Assembly: GCA_021785355.1 (NCBI GenBank)
Contig: JAJYFR010000001.1
Location: 199,096 to 263,095, forward strand
DNA length: 64,000 bases
Direction of reading: 5' to 3'
DNA from: a bacterium
GTDB taxonomy: Bacteria; Patescibacteriota; Dojkabacteria; JAKAPS01; JAJZLI01
Part shown: piece after piece, positions 41,392-54,813 of the stretch
Layout: each line of letters starts with the position of its first letter
Numbering within the stretch: position 1 is the stretch's first letter
Translations under genes and position numbers: made by a program
Notes under the pieces: generated by a model
The model's database searches: none
What the model was told of the DNA's origin: nothing
Seen by the model: the letters and a program-made list of their open reading frames with translations, nothing else

Positions 41392-42773
41392 AAGTTTCAT
41401 TATTAAAAGAAAATTTGAGAAGTAAAAAGATATCTCCTAAAGAAATATTAGAAGATTATTTTAAAAAAGCTAAAGATATAAATGCTGATATTAATTGTTT
41501 TATTAAATTAGAAGAAGAATATACCTATTCTCATTTAGATTTTGATAATTATGAAGATAATTTATCTTTTATTCCTGGAGTGATAAAAGATAATATTAAT
41601 ATAAAGAATACTATTACTACAGCAGGATCTCAGATATTAAAAAATTATAAGTCACCATATAGTGCTACTGTAGTAAAAAAATTGGGTAATTTTTCGTTAA
41701 TAGGAAAAGGAAATATGGATGCATTTGCATTTGGATCTTCTACTGAAAATTCAGGATATGGTCCTACTCTGAATCCTCTGGATAAAAATAAAGTACCAGG
41801 AGGTTCTTCTGGAGGAGTTGCAGCAGCTGTAATGGCAGGCGCTAGTGCATTTGGAATAGGAACAGATACAGGAGGTTCAGTAAGACAACCTGCTTCATTT
41901 TGTGGAATTGTTGGTTTAAAGCCTACATATGGCCTTTGTTCTAGATATGGTCTTATAGCAATGGGGTCATCTTTTGATGTTCCTGGAATTCTTGCCGAGG
42001 ATGTTTTAGATACAGCAATAGTTTTAAATTCAATTGCTGGATTTGATATAAAGGATTCAACTTCTATAAAAGTGAAAAAAGAAGATTATACAAAATTTAA
42101 AGATGTGAAGAATAAAAAAGTTGGGATATTAAAATTTCCAAAAGAAGGAATATCTGAAGATGTTCTCAATGCTTTTGATGAAACAATAGATTTATTAAAA
42201 AAATCTAATATAGATATAGTTGAAATTGACATGAAATATATATCACATTCTCTTGCAGTATATTATATACTTGTTCCTTCAGAAATTAGTGCTAATATGG
42301 CTCGATTTGATGGTATTAGATTTGGTTATCATCCTAAAGGAGAGTTTAAAGATTTATTAAATTTCTACAAAGATGCAAGATCTGAATTTGAGGATGAAGT
42401 AAAGAGAAGAATTATGATAGGTGCTTATACTCTATCTCAAGGTTATTATGATGCATATTATAATAAAGCTCTTAGAGTTAGAAATATAATAAAACAAGAA
42501 TTTAAAGATGTATTTGGAAAAATAGATTTTTTACTCTCACCAACAACACCTACTCTACCTTTTAATATAGGAGAGAAAACTAAAGATCCTTTATCTATGT
42601 ATCTTTCTGATATATTCACGGTACCTGTAAATTTAGTTGGATATCCTTCAATATCTATTCCTAATAAGAAAATTGGAAATCTTTTTTCTGGATTACAAAT
42701 AATATCAAGACCATTTGAAGAAAGTAATTTATTATCTTTTTCATATTTTTTAGAAAATAAACTATGGAAATAA
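41388..42773 (+). CDS. gatA: Asp/Glu-tRNA amidotransferase subunit A
   Basis: Amidase signature GGSSGGVAAAV…GTDTGGSVRQPASFCG. Confidence 0.95.
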   Translation: MKVSLLKENLRSKKISPKEILEDYFKKAKDINADINCFIKLEEEYTYSHLDFDNYEDNLSFIPGVIKDNINIKNTITTAGSQILKNYKSPYSATVVKKLGNFSLIGKGNMDAFAFGSSTENSGYGPTLNPLDKNKVPGGSSGGVAAAVMAGASAFGIGTDTGGSVRQPASFCGIVGLKPTYGLCSRYGLIAMGSSFDVPGILAEDVLDTAIVLNSIAGFDIKDSTSIKVKKEDYTKFKDVKNKKVGILKFPKEGISEDVLNAFDETIDLLKKSNIDIVEIDMKYISHSLAVYYILVPSEISANMARFDGIRFGYHPKGEFKDLLNFYKDARSEFEDEVKRRIMIGAYTLSQGYYDAYYNKALRVRNIIKQEFKDVFGKIDFLLSPTTPTLPFNIGEKTKDPLSMYLSDIFTVPVNLVGYPSISIPNKKIGNLFSGLQIISRPFEESNLLSFSYFLENKLWK

Positions 42774-44200
42774 AAACAATAGTTGGATTAGAGATACATG
42801 TACAATTAAAAACAAAAACCAAGATGTTTTGTTCTTGTGAAGCATCATATTTTGAAGATAAGGCAAATACTCATGTTTGTCCAGTATGTTTGGGTCTACC
42901 AGGAGCATTACCTGTACTAAATAAAGAAGCTTTAATAAAAGCAATTAGAGTTGGAAAAGTACTTAATTTTACTATTAATAATAGGTCTAGATTTGACAGA
43001 AAAAACTATATGTATCCTGATTTATTTAAAGGTTATCAGATTACTCAATTTGAATTTCCTATTGATACAGATGGTTTTATTGATTTAGATAATAATAAAA
43101 GAATAAATATATTCAGAGCTCACCTAGAAGAGGATACAGCTAAATCTTTACATCATGAAGGATATACACTTTTAGATGGAAATAAAGCAGGTATACCTCT
43201 TTTAGAGATAGTATCTGCTCCTGAAATGTATTCTAGTAAAGAAGCAAAAGAATATGCAAAAAAGGTTTATAATTTGGTAAGATTTGTAGGTGCATCAGAT
43301 TGTGATATGGAAAAAGGACAAATGAGATTTGATGTAAATGTAAATTTAGAAATTCATAAAGAAGGAAAAATATTTAAAACCCCTATAGTTGAAATTAAAA
43401 ATTTAAACTCATTTAGATCTTTAGAAAGATCTATAGAATATGAAGAGAAAAGACAATTGGAAGAATTTGAAAAAACGGGAAAAGTTCTAGATAGAGGAAA
43501 TAAGAGTACTAGAGGTTGGAATGATAATTTATCGAAAACATATTTCCAAAGAGAGAAGGAAGAAAGTGATGATTATAGATATTTTCCAGAACCCGATATA
43601 CCTCCTTTAAATTTGTCTGACGGATTTATATCAAAGGCTATAGAATCAATAGATGTACTACCTCAAGTAGCCCAGAAAAAATTAGAAGAAGAATATTTAC
43701 TTCCCCACTCTATTGTTATTCTCATTATGGAAGAAAGAAAATATTATGATTTTTTCCAAAGGATAACCACTTTATATAAGAATTATATAAATTTAGCAAA
43801 TTGGTTTTCTACCGATATTCTTTCTTTAGTAAATCAATATAATATAAATCTTTCTGATATTAGTACAGATGAAATAGTTAAGATATTAACTGCTGTAGAT
43901 AAAAAAGAAATCACAGTGTCTACAGGTAAACAAATACTAAAGAGTGTTCTTATTGATAAGGATGATATTGATATACTTTTGGAGAAAAATTCTTTAATAT
44001 CAGATCAAGGTAAATTAGATGAAACAGTTAAAGAAGTTCTAGATAAAAACCCTGATATTATAGAAAAATATTTATCAGGAAAAGAAAGTATTCTAAGTTT
44101 TCTTATAGGGGAAGTGATGAAGATTCTAAAAGGTAGAGCTAATCCTTTAGAAGTGAAAAACAAAATTCTTGATGGTATATCAAAAATTAAATCTAATTGA
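42764..44200 (+). CDS. gatB: Asp/Glu-tRNA amidotransferase subunit B
   Basis: MEIKTIVGLEIHVQL…, CPVCLGLPGALP motifs. Confidence 0.95.
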   Translation: MEIKTIVGLEIHVQLKTKTKMFCSCEASYFEDKANTHVCPVCLGLPGALPVLNKEALIKAIRVGKVLNFTINNRSRFDRKNYMYPDLFKGYQITQFEFPIDTDGFIDLDNNKRINIFRAHLEEDTAKSLHHEGYTLLDGNKAGIPLLEIVSAPEMYSSKEAKEYAKKVYNLVRFVGASDCDMEKGQMRFDVNVNLEIHKEGKIFKTPIVEIKNLNSFRSLERSIEYEEKRQLEEFEKTGKVLDRGNKSTRGWNDNLSKTYFQREKEESDDYRYFPEPDIPPLNLSDGFISKAIESIDVLPQVAQKKLEEEYLLPHSIVILIMEERKYYDFFQRITTLYKNYINLANWFSTDILSLVNQYNINLSDISTDEIVKILTAVDKKEITVSTGKQILKSVLIDKDDIDILLEKNSLISDQGKLDETVKEVLDKNPDIIEKYLSGKESILSFLIGEVMKILKGRANPLEVKNKILDGISKIKSN

Positions 44201-44283
44201 TTATTAATTTTGATTTTGTTATATTGATATTATATATGATGCCCAACATATAAAGTTTTTTTATTCTATTTTAAATTTTAAAG

Positions 44284-47200
44284 ATGTCTGATTTTACTCA
44301 TCTTCATCTACATACAGAGTATTCCTTATTAGACGGGATGAGTGGAATCAAACCTCTTATTAAAAGAATAGCAGCATTAGGAATGGATAGTTGTGCTATT
44401 ACTGATCATGGAGTTTTATATGGAGCTCATGAATTTTATGAAGAATGTAAAAAAAATGGAATAAAACCGATAATTGGATGTGAAATATATATATCCCCTA
44501 CTTCTAGATTTGATAAAAAATCGAATAAATATTCTCATTTAGTATTATTAGCAAAGGATAATATAGGATATAAAAATTTAATTAAAATAGTATCTGATGC
44601 TTCCTTAAATGGTTTTTACTACAAACCTAGAACTGATTTAGAATTTTTAAAGGAACATTCTGAGGGTTTAATAGCTTTATCTGGTTGTTTGTCTGGAGAT
44701 ATATCTAAAGCTTTTTTAGATGGAGATAAGGAAAAAGCCTATGAGTATGCAGAAAAATTTATAGATATATTTGGTAAGGATAATTTTTTTATAGAATTAC
44801 AAAGAAATGGTGTTAATGAAGATTTTGATATAGAGGATAAATTAATTTCATTATCAAAAGATTTAGGTGTAGATATAGTTGCAACTGTGGATTCTCATTA
44901 TATAGATAAAACAGATAGTAAAGCACATGAAGTTTTATTATGTATAGATACAGGAAAAACAATAGACGATGATACTCGAATGAAATTTGATTCTGATGAA
45001 TTTTATATAAAATCTCCTAAAGAAATGAGTAAGATATGGAAGGATCATCCTGAAGCTGTCTCTAATACTAAAAAGATCAAAGATTTATGTAATGTAAGTA
45101 TAGAATTTGAATCGTTTATACTGCCTCATGTAGATATACCACAAGGATTTGAGAGTTATGATAATTATCTGAGGGAGATATCTTATTCTAGAGGTATAGT
45201 AAGATTAGGTAGAGAGCTTAATGAAGATGAGATTAAAAGAGTAGAATATGAATTAGAAGTTATTGCACAAAAGGGATTTTCTAGTTATATGTTAATGGTA
45301 TCTGATTTTACTGATTTTTTAAGAGAGAATAATATACCAACTACTACAAGGGGTTCTGCTGCAGGAAGTTTTGTTGCATATTTAATAGGAATAGTTCCTA
45401 TAAATCCATTAATATTTCAATTATCTTTTGAGAGGTTTTTGAATCCTTTAAGACCAAAAGCTCCTGATGTAGATTTGGATATTGCTAGTGCTAATAGAGA
45501 TCAAGTTTTAGATTATGCAATACTCAAATATGGAGATAAAAGAGTTTCTCAAATAGTAACATTTGGAAGAATGAAGGCAAGAGCTGCAATAAGGGATGTG
45601 GGTAGAGTTTTAAAAGTACCATTACCTACTGTTGATAAAATCGCAAAATTGATACCACAAGGAAGATTTTCTATACAAGAAGCTTTAAAAAAGATACCAG
45701 AATTAAAAGAATATGCAGATAAAGATCCTTTGATACAAAATATGTTAGATATAGCGCATAGGATGGAAGGCATAGCTAGACATGCATCAATTCATGCTTG
45801 TGGAGTGTTGATAACTCCAGATGATTTAACAGAGCATGTTCCTATCTTATTTGATAGAAAAACATCAAGGTTAGTATCTCAGTATAATATGGTTACGTTA
45901 GAAGAAATAGGTTATATGAAAATGGATTTTTTAGGATTAACAAATTTAGATATTATAGCTGAAACTCAAAAATTAATTTTTAAGGATTTAAAAGAGACAA
46001 TTAATTTTGATCTAATTGATTATGAAGATAAAAAAACATATAAATTATTGCAATCTGGAGATACGTTAGGTGTTTTTCAATTAGAAAGTAGAATCATGAA
46101 AGATGCTATTAAAATATTAAAACCTGAGACAATATTTGATATTGCAGCTTTAATTGCATTAAATAGACCTGGTCCTATGGCTAATATACCTCAGTATGCC
46201 GCAAGGAAAGATGGAAAAGAAAAGATAGAGTATTTAGATCCTAGAATGGAGGGTTATCTTAAAAGAAGTTTTGGAGTATTAGTATACCAGGAAGATTTGT
46301 TACGAACGGCTATAAATTTAGCTGGATTTGATTGGGGAGAAGTTGATAAATTAAGAAAAGCAACTGGAAAAAAGAAACCAGATATTTTATTAGAATTAAA
46401 AGATGAATTGATAAAACGTTTTATTGATAATGGTATGAAGAAAGATGTTGCAGAAAAGTTATTTGAGTTATTTCTTCCCTTTGGAAATTATGCATTTAAT
46501 GAAGCACATGCTGCTTCTTATTCTGTTATCTCTTATAGAACAGCTTACCTAAAAGCTAATTATACGGTTGAATTTATAGCTGCCCTACTCCAATCTAATT
46601 TAGGTAATTTAGAAAAGATATCAGAAATTGTATTAGAATCTGAAAAAAGAAAGATAAAAATATTGTCAGTAGATGTAAATAAAAGTGAAATTGAATTTAG
46701 TATAGAAGATGGCAATATTAGATTTGGTCTTAATAGTATAAAAGGTCTTTCTTCAAATACCACAAAAGTTATTATTGATGAAAGAAAATCTTCGGGAAAA
46801 GAATTTAGCTCAATAGATGATTTTCTTACAAGGATAGATCTTTCACATTTTAATAAGAAATCTTTTGAAGTATTAATAAAATCAGGTGCAATGGATTCTT
46901 TTGGATCTAGAGCTTCTTTATTGGCTTCTTTTGAGAGCATATTAGATATGTATCAGAAAAGACGAAAAGAGACTAATCAAATTGGTTTTTTTGATAATTT
47001 TGAAGATAATTCTTTTATGAAAATTACTCTTAAAGATGTTAAAGAAGTTAGTAATACTCAGAAAGCATTGTGGGAAAAAGAATTAATAGGGATATATATA
47101 ACTGTGCATCCTTTAAAGAAATTTTTAAATTATTTTAAAATAAATAATATTTTGAGTATAAGAGATCTTGCTACTCATAAAAATGGAGAGAAGGTTATGA

Positions 47201-47712
47201 TAGGAGGTATATTGCAAAATATTAATCATTATACTACTAAAAAAACTGGTAAGAGAATGTTATTTGCAAAATTAGAGGATACAACTTCTTCTTGTGATGT
47301 AATAATATTTCCAGATGTTTATGAAAAAATTAAAGATAAAATATTAGAAAATGGTAGTATTGTTGTTTTAAATGCTCTATTAGAAACTGTTCAATCTGAT
47401 GAAGAAGATGAGAATATTGAGTATAAATTAATAGTGAATGATATACAAAATATAACAATAAAGGATGTTAAGAATAATAAATCTATCAAAAAAATAGAAT
47501 TAAATATTCCTCATAATATGACAAAAGAAAAATTATTAGAATTAAATATAGCTATCAATAAATATATAGGAGGAGAGACAATAGTTGCCTTAAGAATTAT
47601 GAAAGATGAGGAAGAAAAAATACTTAATCTTAAGAATAAGGTTAAATTTTCTCAAGATTTGCTTTCTAATATATCAGGAATCATAGGAGATAGTGCTATA
47701 AATATTTTTTAA
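44284..47712 (+). CDS. dnaE: DNA polymerase III alpha subunit
   Basis: PHP domain HLHLHTEYSLLDG, polymerase core, OB-fold; 1142 aa. Confidence 0.95.
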   Translation: MSDFTHLHLHTEYSLLDGMSGIKPLIKRIAALGMDSCAITDHGVLYGAHEFYEECKKNGIKPIIGCEIYISPTSRFDKKSNKYSHLVLLAKDNIGYKNLIKIVSDASLNGFYYKPRTDLEFLKEHSEGLIALSGCLSGDISKAFLDGDKEKAYEYAEKFIDIFGKDNFFIELQRNGVNEDFDIEDKLISLSKDLGVDIVATVDSHYIDKTDSKAHEVLLCIDTGKTIDDDTRMKFDSDEFYIKSPKEMSKIWKDHPEAVSNTKKIKDLCNVSIEFESFILPHVDIPQGFESYDNYLREISYSRGIVRLGRELNEDEIKRVEYELEVIAQKGFSSYMLMVSDFTDFLRENNIPTTTRGSAAGSFVAYLIGIVPINPLIFQLSFERFLNPLRPKAPDVDLDIASANRDQVLDYAILKYGDKRVSQIVTFGRMKARAAIRDVGRVLKVPLPTVDKIAKLIPQGRFSIQEALKKIPELKEYADKDPLIQNMLDIAHRMEGIARHASIHACGVLITPDDLTEHVPILFDRKTSRLVSQYNMVTLEEIGYMKMDFLGLTNLDIIAETQKLIFKDLKETINFDLIDYEDKKTYKLLQSGDTLGVFQLESRIMKDAIKILKPETIFDIAALIALNRPGPMANIPQYAARKDGKEKIEYLDPRMEGYLKRSFGVLVYQEDLLRTAINLAGFDWGEVDKLRKATGKKKPDILLELKDELIKRFIDNGMKKDVAEKLFELFLPFGNYAFNEAHAASYSVISYRTAYLKANYTVEFIAALLQSNLGNLEKISEIVLESEKRKIKILSVDVNKSEIEFSIEDGNIRFGLNSIKGLSSNTTKVIIDERKSSGKEFSSIDDFLTRIDLSHFNKKSFEVLIKSGAMDSFGSRASLLASFESILDMYQKRRKETNQIGFFDNFEDNSFMKITLKDVKEVSNTQKALWEKELIGIYITVHPLKKFLNYFKINNILSIRDLATHKNGEKVMIGGILQNINHYTTKKTGKRMLFAKLEDTTSSCDVIIFPDVYEKIKDKILENGSIVVLNALLETVQSDEEDENIEYKLIVNDIQNITIKDVKNNKSIKKIELNIPHNMTKEKLLELNIAINKYIGGETIVALRIMKDEEEKILNLKNKVKFSQDLLSNISGIIGDSAINIF

Positions 47713-48288
47713 AAAAGTTTTTCTGTGTAATTTTGTAATACCAAATTTTTTTATAGCATCTATATGAACTTTTGTACCATATCCTTTGTTTTTTTCAAAT
47801 TCATATTGAGGAAATGTATCTTTTAGAGAGGTCATATATCTATCTCTGGTCACCTTTGCAATTATAGATGCTGCTGCTATTGAATAATGAGTAGAATCTC
47901 CTTTTATTACTGTATTATAAGAGGGTATATTAAATTTTTTTTTAAATATTCCATCAATTAATGTTTTGTCTGAGGCATTATTCAATGCACATTTTTCAAT
48001 TAATATATTGATACATTCAACTATTCCTACGTCATCTATTTTCTTATTTGAAAGAGAATATACTTTATATAAGGAAGGATCCTCGGTTAAAAATTGATAA
48101 AGATACTCTCTTTTTTTTTCTGATAACTTTTTAGAGTCATTAACCTCTTTATGAATTATTGTCTTATTATTTATTTTATATGAAGCTACAAATAGAGGAC
48201 CTGCTAGAGGTCCTCTTCCCACTTCATCAATTCCTTGTAAAGATAGATTATTATTTACTGTTTTTTTCTCTATCTTGCTTAGTAACAT
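47674..48288 (-). CDS. rnhB: ribonuclease HII
   Basis: [15 protein letters not shown] active-site motif; 204 aa. Confidence 0.85.
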   Translation of the reverse strand: MLLSKIEKKTVNNNLSLQGIDEVGRGPLAGPLFVASYKINNKTIIHKEVNDSKKLSEKKREYLYQFLTEDPSLYKVYSLSNKKIDDVGIVECINILIEKCALNNASDKTLIDGIFKKKFNIPSYNTVIKGDSTHYSIAAASIIAKVTRDRYMTSLKDTFPQYEFEKNKGYGTKVHIDAIKKFGITKLHRKTFLKNIYSTISYDS

Positions 48289-48628
48289 TTTTAATTAACA
48301 TAGCTTTTTTACCAATTCTACTTCTCATATAGTTTAATTTAGCTCTTTTTACTTTTCCATTTTTAATAATTTCAATTTTTGAAAGATTAGGAGAATGTAT
48401 TGGAAATATTCTCTCTACTCCTATATCTTTAGATATTTTTCTTACAACTATATTCTCATGAGTACCATTATGTTTTCTAGCTATAACAATACCTTGAAAT
48501 ATTTGAATTCTTTCTTTATTACCTTCTATTATTTTTGTATGAACTTTAACTGTATCACCTACTTTTACAAGTTTTCTTTCATCTATAATATGTTTTTCTT
48601 CAATTTTATTTAATAATATTGTATTCAT
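48251..48628 (-). CDS. rplS: 50S ribosomal protein L19
   Basis: 125 aa, bL19 pattern (…[10 protein letters not shown]…ERIFPIHSP…). Confidence 0.85.
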   Translation of the reverse strand: MNTILLNKIEEKHIIDERKLVKVGDTVKVHTKIIEGNKERIQIFQGIVIARKHNGTHENIVVRKISKDIGVERIFPIHSPNLSKIEIIKNGKVKRAKLNYMRSRIGKKAMLIKNVTKQDREKNSK

Positions 48629-48891
48629 TTAGGGATTATGTCTATTGCAAATTTATCTCTTTTATCTTTTGTCATTCTTCTGAATTTAACTAAACCTTCT
48701 ATTTTAGAGTATATTGTGAAATCTCTTCCAATACCTGTATTAACACCAGGGTAGAAACTTGTACCCTTTTGTCTAACAATGATTTCTCCAGATTTTACAA
48801 ATTCATTTGCAAATCTTTTAACTCCTCTTCTTTTACCGGCGACATTACCACCTTGATTGGCTTTTCCTCCGCCTGCTTTTACATGTGCCAT
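48625..48891 (-). CDS. rpmA: 50S ribosomal protein L27
   Basis: [15 protein letters not shown]… bL27 N-terminus, 88 aa. Confidence 0.9.
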   Translation of the reverse strand: MAHVKAGGGKANQGGNVAGKRRGVKRFANEFVKSGEIIVRQKGTSFYPGVNTGIGRDFTIYSKIEGLVKFRRMTKDKRDKFAIDIIPK

Positions 48892-48894
48892 AAT

Positions 48895-49890
48895 TTAAAA
48901 TTTTTCAAAAATAAAAATCTCTCTTCTTACTACAGCTTTTTCTCTATAGTAATCAAATTTATCTAATTTGTTAACTAATTTATTCTCAAATAAAAAATCT
49001 GAGGGAATTATAGATATTTTTTTTAAATTTCCAAATTCCATTTCTCTAGCTTTAAGATATATTATATCATGTTTTGTCTTAAAACTTGGTATTATTATAA
49101 CTAATCTTTGATTATTTTTCAAAATTTTAGATAAACTTCGAATACTACTCTGGATTAATTTATCTACACTAGCTATTATTTTAGCATTTCTTACGTTTTT
49201 TTGCACGGGTTTTGACCATGATTTACCTAAAAAGGGTTCTGTTACTATTGATATATTTTCATCTTTATTTCTTAGCTGTTCTGCTAAAGAAGATGCATTA
49301 TTTACAAATACCTCACTTTTGTTTTGAATACTGTATTCTTCAGATGCCCATTTAAGGTTCTTTTTAGTACCTAAAACTGCATCTTTACTTATATCTGAAC
49401 CTATTACTCTATATCCTTGAATTAGAGCTTCTATAAGAATTGTTCCTGTTCCACAAAAGGGATCATAAATTGTTTGAGTATCTTGAGTTATAGCTAAATT
49501 CAGCATTATTTTAGCTAATTTAGAAGGTAGCATTCCATTTTTTGCTTCAACATAGGGTTTATCTAGCTCTTTTCTTTCAAAATCTTTTATATTTTGTTTT
49601 ACTATGTTAGTTCCATATGCAAATTGAGTATTGTCTATATTTATTTTTTCACTAGTTTTTATTCTTCTAGCATCTTCTTTATCTACAATACTTTCTACTT
49701 GAAAAATTTCTACTACACCTCCAAGTATTTTTATCAATATATCAATATATACAACGCTTTGAAGTTTTATAAAAAGTATTTGTTTATTTGCAATTATAAC
49801 TTCAAATTTTATATTCTTACTTTCCATTAAAGAATATATTTCAGCTATCGAGAGCAAAGGATTTTTTCCGAGTTTAAAGATAAGTTGCAT
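48895..49890 (-). CDS. class I SAM-dependent methyltransferase (THUMP/RlmL/Trm11-like N6-A/N2-G type)
   Basis: DPFCGTGTILIEA motif I; located between rplU and rpmA. Confidence 0.55.
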   Translation of the reverse strand: MQLIFKLGKNPLLSIAEIYSLMESKNIKFEVIIANKQILFIKLQSVVYIDILIKILGGVVEIFQVESIVDKEDARRIKTSEKINIDNTQFAYGTNIVKQNIKDFERKELDKPYVEAKNGMLPSKLAKIMLNLAITQDTQTIYDPFCGTGTILIEALIQGYRVIGSDISKDAVLGTKKNLKWASEEYSIQNKSEVFVNNASSLAEQLRNKDENISIVTEPFLGKSWSKPVQKNVRNAKIIASVDKLIQSSIRSLSKILKNNQRLVIIIPSFKTKHDIIYLKAREMEFGNLKKISIIPSDFLFENKLVNKLDKFDYYREKAVVRREIFIFEKF

Positions 49891-50205
49891 TTAGAGAGTA
49901 TCTATTTTAACTTTTAAATAATTTTGTCTATGTCCTATTCTTCTTCTATATCTTGATTTAGCTTTGAATCTAAGTATTCTTATCTTATCTCCTTTAATTT
50001 GTTCTATAACACTTCCCTTTACTTTAGCATTTTTAACAAAAGGTTTTCCTACATTAACAGTATCACCTTTTTTTGTTAATAATACATCATCAAATTCTAT
50101 GCTATCGTCTTTTTTGAATCCTTCTATGAGTTCTATATCAATAATATCATCTTTTTTGACAACATATTGTTTTCCTCCTGTTTGTATTACTGCTAAATCA
50201 TTCAT
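49891..50205 (-). CDS. rplU: 50S ribosomal protein L21
   Basis: MNDLAVIQTGGKQYVV… bL21 N-terminus, 104 aa. Confidence 0.85.
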   Translation of the reverse strand: MNDLAVIQTGGKQYVVKKDDIIDIELIEGFKKDDSIEFDDVLLTKKGDTVNVGKPFVKNAKVKGSVIEQIKGDKIRILRFKAKSRYRRRIGHRQNYLKVKIDTL

Positions 50206-50286
50206 TTTGATATTTATTATAAGTAAATATTATATACTAGATATAGTATATTTTGCAAATTTAATACTATAATATGATATTAAATT

Positions 50287-50694
50287 TCATATACTCTTTC
50301 TATGTTTATGATATGTAGATAAATGTAGAGAATAAAGCTTAATATGTGATTTTATTCTTCTTGTTTCTTTAATATTTTCTAAAGTTTTTAATTGTTCTTC
50401 TAATTTTTCTTTTTCCTTCTCTATTTTTTCTATATCAATTTCATGTAAAAATACTCCTGATATAACATTAATAATAGTTTCATTAAGTGAAGTTCTAAGC
50501 ATTCCTTCTGATATTGCCATTATATTCTTTTTATTATTATTATCGGTGAAACTCAACTCTCCTAATGATAAATTTAGTATCATAGGAGAGTGATCTGGAT
50601 ATATGCCATATTCTCCATTTATAGTGGGTACATATACGTCTTTTACTTCACCTTTAAATATTTCCTTTATAGGAGATAATATTTTTAATTTCAT
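50287..50694 (-). CDS. atpC: F1Fo ATP synthase epsilon subunit
   Basis: Last gene of atp operon; beta-sandwich N-domain + helical C-terminus pattern. Confidence 0.75.
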   Translation of the reverse strand: MKLKILSPIKEIFKGEVKDVYVPTINGEYGIYPDHSPMILNLSLGELSFTDNNNKKNIMAISEGMLRTSLNETIINVISGVFLHEIDIEKIEKEKEKLEEQLKTLENIKETRRIKSHIKLYSLHLSTYHKHRKSI

Positions 50695-50695
50695 A

Positions 50696-52944
<2,249 letters not shown>

Positions 52945-52952
<8 letters not shown>

Positions 52953-54456
52953 AATTCTTTGAGAATTCTGAAATAATACTAATTAATTTAGTTTTTATAT
53001 CTTCTGTAAGATCTTTTTTCTCTCTGATCTCTTTTAGTACTTCTTTATGCATATTTTCAAAAACCTCATGAAGTTTCTCTTCAAAAGTAGGAATATCATT
53101 TGTATCTATATGATCAGTAAAACCTTCTGTTACAGCAAGAACTGATATTACTTGTAATTCTAGTGGTATAGGTAGATAAGGTTTTTGTGTTAATATTTTA
53201 GTTAATCTATCTCCTCTTGAGAGTATTTTTTTTGTATTTTCATCTAAATCAGAACCAAATTGAGAAAAAGCTGCAAGATTTCTAAATTGTGCAATTTCTA
53301 GTTTTAATGACCCTGCAACTTTCTTCATTACTTTTTCTTGTGCATTACTACCTACTCTAGATACAGAAGCTCCTACATTTATAGCAGGTCTTATTCCTGA
53401 ATAAAATAAATCAGATTCCAAATATATTTGTCCATCTGTGATAGATATTAGGTTAGTAGGAATATATGCAGAGATATCTCCTGTCTGTGTTTCAATTATA
53501 GGTAAAGCTGAAAGAGATCCTCCACCGAGCGAATCATTTAGTTTAGCTGCTCTTTCTAGTAATCTGGAATGTAGATAAAATACATCACCTGGATATGCTT
53601 CTCTACCAGATGGTCTTTTTAATATCAAAGAAAGTTGTCTATATGCCCAAGCATGTTTAGTAAGATCATCATAGATGACTAAAGCATCCATTCCATTATC
53701 TCTAAAATATTCTCCTATACTTGCAGCTGTATATGGAGCCATATATTGCTCTGTAACAGGAGATGAAGCTGGTGCGTTGACTACTATTGTGTATTCCATA
53801 GCTCCTTTTTCTTCTAGTTTTGATACTAATTGAGATACTTTTGAATTTTTTTGACCTATTGCACAATATATACAAAATACATTTTTACCTTTCTGATTTA
53901 TTATTGTATCAATAGCAATTGTAGTTTTTCCTGTATTTCTATCTCCAATTATAAGTTCTCTTTGTCCTCTACCAATAGGAATAAGAACATCGATTGCTTT
54001 TATTCCTGTTTGAAGAGGAGATCTTACTCCTTTTCTACTAATTACACCTGGTGCAACTTTTTCAACTTCAGAGCTATAATCTGATTCTATTTCACCTTTT
54101 CCATCTATTTCTTCACCTACTCCATTAAGTACTCTTCCTAAAAGAGCTTTACCTATTTTTGTAGAAAATATTTCTCCTGTTGTTTTTACAATATCTCCTT
54201 CTTGAACTTTAGTATAATCTCCAAATATAATAATGGATGTCTCATCTTCTTTAAGATCCATAGCCATAGCTATGATATTAGTCTTATCCTTAGTTTCAAT
54301 TATAACTTTCTCTCCATTTGCAACGTCCATAAGCCCAATAACACTTGCAATTCCATCATATACAGCTTGTACTTCTCCTATTTTTTCTTGAGAAAATCTT
54401 GTATCTATTTCATTTATTTTATTTTTTAATTGTACTAATATGTCCTTACTATCCAT
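52945..54456 (-). CDS. atpA: F1Fo ATP synthase alpha subunit
   Basis: P-loop GDRNTGKT, 503 aa. Confidence 0.95.
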
Positions 54457-54459
54457 AGT

Positions 54460-54813
54460 TTATTTTAATTTTAAAGATTTAATTTTTTCTAAATTATTAC
54501 TCACAGAAGAGTTAAATATATTCCAGTTTTCTTTTATTTTTATACCTCCTATAAGATTTTTATTCTGAGAGAATCTATATATATTAGGATTATTCATAAT
54601 ACTTAATATATCTTTTTTCTCAATTGAATCCTGAGGATATTCTATTATAACTTCTTTTTCTTTTATAATAGAATATATTTTATTATATAATTTTTTTGAT
54701 AAATTTCTTTGTAAAATTCTTTTTTCTATAATTTTACTGAGTAATTCTAAATCAACATTATTTTTAGAAACTATACTATCAATAACAATATCTATTATTT
54801 TATCATTTTTCAT
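54460..54813 (-). CDS. atpH: F1Fo ATP synthase delta subunit, unusually short (117 aa)
   Basis: Operon position between atpF and atpA; C-terminal …LIGGIKIK…NLEKIKSL resembles OSCP/delta C-terminus. Confidence 0.6.
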   Translation of the reverse strand: MKNDKIIDIVIDSIVSKNNVDLELLSKIIEKRILQRNLSKKLYNKIYSIIKEKEVIIEYPQDSIEKKDILSIMNNPNIYRFSQNKNLIGGIKIKENWNIFNSSVSNNLEKIKSLKLK

